Origin: Lytechinus pictus | Lineage: Eukaryota | Length of the DNA stretch: 60,000 bases | Direction of reading: 5' to 3' | Assembly: GCF_037042905.1 (NCBI RefSeq) | Contig: NC_087252.1 | Location: 2,172,001-2,232,000, forward strand | Shown: positions 54,601-60,000 of the stretch, piece by piece | Layout: each line of letters starts with the position of its first letter | How positions within the stretch are numbered: position 1 is the stretch's first letter | Translations under genes and position numbers: made by a program | The notes under the pieces: generated by a model | Told to the model about the DNA's origin: nothing | Database searches by the model: none | Seen by the model: the letters and a program-made list of their open reading frames with translations, nothing else

Positions 54601-56191
54601 CTATATGAGAAAAAATGCTATTGTTACTGTTGTTATTATTCTTATCATTATCATTAGTATTGCTTGTATTATTTGTTAGTATCATTATCATCAAAGTTGT
54701 TTTGCCTATTTAATAAAGAACCTCTTCTTTTCAAAATATCAATATAGATCACGAGATGAGTAAAAGTGAGTTAGCTAGTATTGCCTCCGTACTGCACAGA
54801 CGGGACCAAACAAAGTTTGAGCCTCTTATTCATAAATTGGATTTGAGACCTGGTGAACTTCCAGAAGATCATGGAGCACAGTTTGAGACATACTGTTTAG
54901 AAGTGCTAAGGACTTGGAAGGAGAAGATCAGACCCGTTCTTTATCACTACAGACGGCACATCGTTGAGGGTCTCCAAGCAGTTGAATGTTCTGATCTTGC
55001 TGATGAAGTTCTGACAGGTAGGCCTTCACATTTCATTCAGTCATTCAGAGTTGTCAGGGACCTTCTATCGGGGAGGGGCAGTAATCAATTTTTTTTATAT
55101 GCAAAAAATTACCTTAGTTCTAAGGTCACATTTAGCTTGGCTGAATCTTATAAAATGAAAATGCTTGATCTGCAATGGGACATAAGTATTGTTTCAATGG
55201 GAAACACATTACTTTTTGAAAGTTTTTTTTAATATGGTTAACTTTATTTTGCTCAGTTTTAATGCACTAATTTGAATTGTCATTATGTCATTTTAAATAG
55301 GAATAAATGGACTGAACTGAAGACTTTCGCAACACCCATAAACTATGGATTTGTCCCTTAATTTTATTGACTGGATTTATTCTTTTTCATTTAAATTCAA
55401 CAACAACGTAATATACATAAATGAAAAAAGGGAACCCTCTGAATGACAAGGCTGTTTAATGTGGCTTCCCTGCAATATCGATTAAATATTTTTGTTCAAT
55501 TTCTATCAAGCAAAATATATTTTTTGATTCCTAATTGTTGTATCTAATTCAATTTTTTATCTTCACGTCCGTTCGGTGATAAGTGTCTATGGATGACAAT
55601 GGGAGCGTGAAATTGCTGAATATTCAGAGTTATAATTTTGAAAGGTGTTATAATTTGAGACGTGATGTACCCACATTTGCTTCGATAATTAAATTGTTTC
55701 ATATATCGAATACACCCCCTCCCTCCCCACAAATACTCACACACAAGAAGCAGAAGAAAATAAATCATGAATTGTTTTCAATAGATTAGACGAATTCTCA
55801 CATCCTGGGCTTTATAACCTGGAACTAATAGTTTTGGCTATTTCTTTCACCAATGCTAATAATTTGCTTGAAATCATTGTTTCATACTTTCAAAGGCCTT
55901 TATCGACATGAATATCCCGACGAAGATGTCATTGAAGATATCTGCAGTAGACTTGATGACGGTCAGATACGAAATCTTGTTCGAATCCTGAAACTTAAGC
56001 CTGATCATGATGAACAAGATCGGAAAAAATCTACCAAATTGATTGTCCGCTGGGCGGATAAGTGGATGAGAAAGTATGATTCCTCGGCTATATCATTTAA
56101 AGAGAGAAGATCATTAAACGATGAGCTTGTTAGAGAGGGGTTTTACGAGTTAGCCCATGAAATAATGATACTAGAATATTCCAAGTTCTAA
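34098..56191 (+). CDS. Paralog B: type I membrane receptor, SP-Ig-Ig-TM-multiple death-fold-like domains (~1440 aa, 18 predicted exons)
   Basis: Manually spliced AG/GT exons, all introns phase 1, no internal stop found: 34098-34164, 37969-38316, 39013-39426, 39896-39988, 40504-40557, 45686-45928, 46144-46551, 47116-47361, 47867-48073, 48357-48605, 49215-49496, 50739-51008, 52183-52419, 52847-52960, 53317-53550, 54006-54296, 54748-55017, 55896-56191 (4323 nt in total). Exons 7-18 are supported by homologous exons in paralog A, most of identical length. Confidence 0.8.
35060..37834. mobile_element. 2.8-kb non-autonomous foldback DNA element (Academ-like TAG...CTA ends) in intron 1 of paralog B
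   Basis: About 190 bp of near-perfect TIR (TAGTCCAGGATAG...GAGGGTGCTGATTCCGAATCTGAATG) with AAA on both flanks. Internal AAAATGGCCGCC units run forward in the left half and reversed in the right half. Confidence 0.82.
37969..38316 (+). CDS. Paralog B exon 2, Ig V/I-set domain
   Basis: GESVVLTC-RFRGSPLAVYWKK...SLVIKEVSMAEQGRYICRV shows the canonical Ig Cys/Trp/YxC pattern. Donor T|GTAAG. Confidence 0.88.
39013..39426 (+). CDS. Paralog B exon 3, second (C-type-like) Ig domain and stalk
   Basis: VNITCSVFGFYPYINLFF...LPYVCIAS contains the CxxxGFYP motif. Acceptor TAG at 39010-39012, donor G|GTAAG. Confidence 0.85.
39896..39988 (+). CDS. Paralog B exon 4, transmembrane helix and stop-transfer sequence
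   Basis: VVPILLILAVATIGMVLLW-RRSRKRQARRNI, with acceptor ttttcccatAG and donor G|GTATG. Confidence 0.85.
41538..42323. mobile_element. Tandem dimer of a ~390-bp MITE
   Basis: TIR TACCCCTTTCATAAACCCAATAAAAC / GTTTTATTGGGTTTATGAAAGGGGTA. The ~372-bp body is duplicated almost exactly (41581-41952, 41953-42323), with an extra TIR copy at 41538-41560. Confidence 0.85.
42560..45600 (-). mobile_element. Decayed non-LTR retrotransposon with RT and restriction-like endonuclease (HERO/NeSL/R2-group)
   Basis: RT motifs FLDLADAFGSVSH, RRGVFQEDPLSP and PFADD. Zinc-knuckle remnant LC...HVLNNC, then RYTWRHN and KPDI...IIELTVPFETN. Several stops and frameshifts. Boundaries are approximate. Confidence 0.85.
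45686..56191 (+). CDS. Paralog B exons 6-18, tandem cytoplasmic death-fold-like modules
   Basis: Mostly ~70-135-aa helical exons with recurring LxxWK/R...LxxAL...G patterns, e.g. YCLEVLRTWKEK...HIVEGLQAVECSDLADEV and YDALCEWKE...MLRDALEVVGL. Confidence 0.72.
50378..50479. mobile_element. 102-bp hairpin MITE
   Basis: Almost fully palindromic (GACCTATCCACGGA...TCCGTGGATAGGTC), CA...TG ends, 8-bp TSD GCAAAGCC. Confidence 0.8.
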
Positions 56192-58159
56192 TATAGGAAT
56201 ATCATGCTCAGTTTATTGTCTTTATTGTTAGCTATTGATTGGTTCTGTTTCATCTGTTTATAATGTGAAATCTACATTTGATGCATGAATTTGATAATTT
56301 CGTCCGTGTTTTATTTGTTATCATTCAACAAGTGTTAGCTCGCGTTTCCGTGTTCAAAATGTAGAATTGACGCCATTGTACAATTGCGTGTTGACATGAA
56401 AATATGTTCGTTCTTTATAAACTTTTTAAAGAAATTTGATTAGTCTTATGTTTCATGAAAGCAAGAATATAATGAAAAACATGAATTGATCACTGATCAA
56501 ATGATGAGTCCAGTACCCCTCCAGGTAACGTTAATTTCTCGATCCATTTGAGCATGAGTATTAATAATAATTTTATGACAGCTTTTTAATAACTACCTTA
56601 AACCATGTAAATAGCGTTCGAAAATTAACCAAAAGAGTGATAAAACTAAGTTGCATTATTTGCACTTAGTTGTAATCCCAGTTTTAACCGCAGCCAATGC
56701 AAGAATGTGATGGGAATGAGGACGGAAAGATAAGTTGTAGCAGCAGTAGTAGTAGCTAAGTAGCGGATACAATAACATGTGCTTTTATAAGAGAATGGTG
56801 TTTAAGTATGAATGTGTCATCAAAGTTGTTGCTGCAGCTTTCATAAATGAATGCAATACAACTAAATCGCATTAATCATTCGAATGTTTAGATTAAGGGT
56901 AGGCGCAATATGATTTCAATCAGTAAGACTTCACCATTGTTGATTTATTCCCACCACTTTCTTGCCTTATTTTCTGTATACATATTGTGCGAAAGACGGT
57001 GAGCAATGATGACTGTGTAATGTAAGAATATGTTTTGTGCATACAAAATATCCGTAATTTTATTTTAAAACAGGCAATTGTGTATCTCTAAAATAGTGAA
57101 AAGGCTGCTTCTTTAACTAAACGTATATTCTACGATTAAAAAGTAGGTAAAGAGGTTAGATTAAAATTTTCTCACCATAATAATAGAGCAAGCCCATGGG
57201 ATCACTTATTCTAAACAGTTTTTTTTTCAAACTGTTCGATTATTTTCCATTGTGGTTAAACCAACTAGAATTCCAGTTTCTTCTTTACAGACATTTGGAA
57301 TCTAATACGGGATTCCGTCTCAGATAATACAAATGCCTACTCTTTGAGCGATGGTTAAGGCATGGTCTAAGTCTGTGCATAAATTATGGAAGGCAAAACA
57401 TGTCAAAACTTTGCAGATTGTTTCTTCTCATGATGAATGAGGAAGAAAATAAATGTGATTGCATTTTTTTTCACAATACGTTTATTGGCGAATTCGCTGA
57501 GTAAAAAAGAAATAAACTTATCCTGGTTGGGCATCTTTTTGCTATACACACCAAAGAGTTAGACTGCGGTGTAAGATTGACCTCAGGTCAAAAGCACAAG
57601 ATATATACCTGTTTGTTGTACATTGTTGGTGTGTGTGGGGTGCGTCTGCATGTGTGTTTCACTTCATTTTGATAGGCCCTGGATGCATGTTATTTTAATT
57701 TCAATGAATTTCTAAATATTACGTTGTATTAACTTCGTGATTTGCAAAGATTGCAGAATCATATATATTGCAAAATAGTTATGGGAGGATATTTTACAAA
57801 ATCGATCAAAATCAATTTGGTAATATAAGAAATTTGTCTCCACGTCATCTTATCGGATTACTACATGCTTTATACGGTAACGCTGAAAAGCCTCTCTCTG
57901 TATCTACAAGTTTATTGACTGATATTCTCGAAAGCTTTTGATTGAATCAATTATAATTTGCTCGTCAATAAATTATTAAACCTTCATGTTCGACCATGTG
58001 TATAAAGGAAGCATGTTCCCATTAGCAAACCCTGAAAAATATCAGACCAAAATGAATAAAAACAAGGAAGTTACGGCCATTTTACGATTTTCCTACTTTG
58101 CATTTCAATAAATATGAATTTGTTTTAATGTAGACTATTTCGGATTTGAATAAATCTGT

Positions 58160-59410
58160 TTGGTAATTGATTTCCTTGATAGTCGTCATCAGGTTGTAAA
58201 GTATAAAGGCCAATTATCTGATCTTAAACATAATGGTGTAGGTGTGCCACAAGGGACTAAACTTGGCCCGATTCTGTTTCTTGTTATGATAAACGATGCC
58301 TGTAGAAATTCTAGTATGTCATATTTCAAATATGTAGACGATATGACGCTAGTAGAATGTAGATTAAGATCGCACACACCACAGTTGCAAGTTCAGTTAC
58401 AATGTCTTCATTCATGGACCTTGGCAAATAGTATGAAATTAACCCCATTGAAAAGCTGTTCAATGTCATTTTCTTTCTCTAAGTAACCTTTACAACCATA
58501 GGTTTTTTCGTATTGATGGCATCCCATTACCTTCTGTTAATGTAGTCAAGATACTTGGCGTCATGGTCCAAGCAGACCTAAAAAGGAATGCTTATGTAAA
58601 AGAAACCGTCAAAAAATGTAACAAAAAACTATTCAATTCAATTTCAATTTCAATTTTTCAATTCAAAAAGTCATGTTACGTAAATTAAAAAAATCTACAA
58701 CCTTCCTGTTTGTGATCTAGTCACCGTTTATATTGGCTACGTAAGACCAACCTTGGAGTACTGTGTACCTCTTTTTACGTCGGGTCTTACTAGCAGACAG
58801 ATTAATGATTTGGAATCTATACAAAAAAGAGCTTGTCGAATTATTTTTGGATCATCTAAATACAGTTCATATGATGATGCATTGGTTGAGTTAGGATTAA
58901 CAACTCTATTATCCCGATGAGAAAAACTTACTCAAGATTTTGCTATTTGTTTTGAAAAAAAATTACTTATGTCAGTCTTGGTTACCTCCTCAAATAAATA
59001 ATATTTTCCTTCGAAATGCAAACAAATATACAAAATTCAAATACAAGACAAACAGATTTGAAAACTGGGCCATCCCTATTCTTGTACGTGTGCTTAACAA
59101 ATGTTACAAATCATAACTGAAATAATTAGAAAATTCTTAAGTGTTTGATATAAATACATGCTTAGAAATTGTGAATTATTTTTGATAACCATTGACGTAT
59201 TGTGTTTTATTAAAAGTTTTATTATGAATGCTTTTATCAATCTATCATATATCCATCTTTATAAATAAATTATTGTGCAAATGTATGTGAATAATTTTGA
59301 ATGTCTGTATTTTTTACCATGTATTTTCAATTGATACCCTGTAAAGCATGTGTAGTTCAGTTTTTACTGCGAAACATGTCTATTGAATAAACCATTAAAT
59401 GAATGAATGA
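58160..59410 (+). mobile_element. 5'-truncated, decayed L2/CR1-group LINE (RT C-terminal half)
   Basis: GVPQGTKLGPILFLVMIND...KYVDD, then YVRPTLEYC and LESIQKRACRII downstream. Ends with AATAAA and a (TGAA)n tail. Confidence 0.85.
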
Positions 59411-60000
59411 ACATACTGTATGATAAGGTCATGGCATAATTAATTGGTGACGTGATGATTCAAATACTTTTTGAGTTGACATTTACCGCAGTGATTGCAT
59501 GTCAGTCTGCTCTAAAATATTAATATACGTCTATCAGTAATATTCATCAATTATCAATGTCTTTGTAAAGTTTAGTGTTGAAACACAATAAAGAGAAATT
59601 CATGCAGTATCATTTTGTTTCAAGAAGTTGTAATTTTATTGCCTTGTGTGAATAAGATTGCATCTTTGGGATGAATATACCGAATGCAAATTTTAGATGC
59701 AACATACTCAAATTCTTGTAAATGGCATTATGACACGTGATTTATCGTCTGGTCTCCCTAATAGCGACTAATCGTGCACCTTCGTTATAGTTCAATAAGG
59801 TAGTTGACCACTTTACTTTCGGCTAAAATTAATTGCAAAGGAAGAAATGATTTTGTAAAATTTTGTATCAAATTGTGAATCAAATCATAATTCTCTATCA
59901 ATATTGTGATCGGCATATTAGAAGTAACTGTTAGCATTCATGCTTTTTAAAGTGACGCATTAATTACCCTAACATGTAGTAATGAAGCATAAGCTCACAA

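Overview
AT-rich, intron-containing animal genomic DNA. The repeat landscape suggests an echinoderm, probably a sea urchin (inference). The window holds two tandem, same-strand paralogs of one multi-exon gene. The downstream copy (B, 34098-56191) can be assembled by hand into 18 exons joined entirely by phase-1 introns, about 1440 aa. Its architecture is signal peptide, two Ig domains, a transmembrane helix, then a cytoplasmic tail of up to ~12 tandem death-fold-like modules. The upstream copy (A, 119-23182) is the 3' part of a paralog. One of its introns carries an 11.9-kb IS3EU-type DNA transposon with TAC...GTA ends, a 6-bp TSD, 53-bp subterminal arrays and an intact DDE transposase that appears to begin with a spliced signal-peptide-like leader. 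Other content includes a Penelope-type solo LTR with a minimal hammerhead ribozyme, an Academ-like derivative with a RecQ-helicase fragment, a 2.8-kb foldback element, a decayed RLE-type retrotransposon, LINE fragments and many MITEs. All domain and family calls come from manual motif reading, not from database searches.
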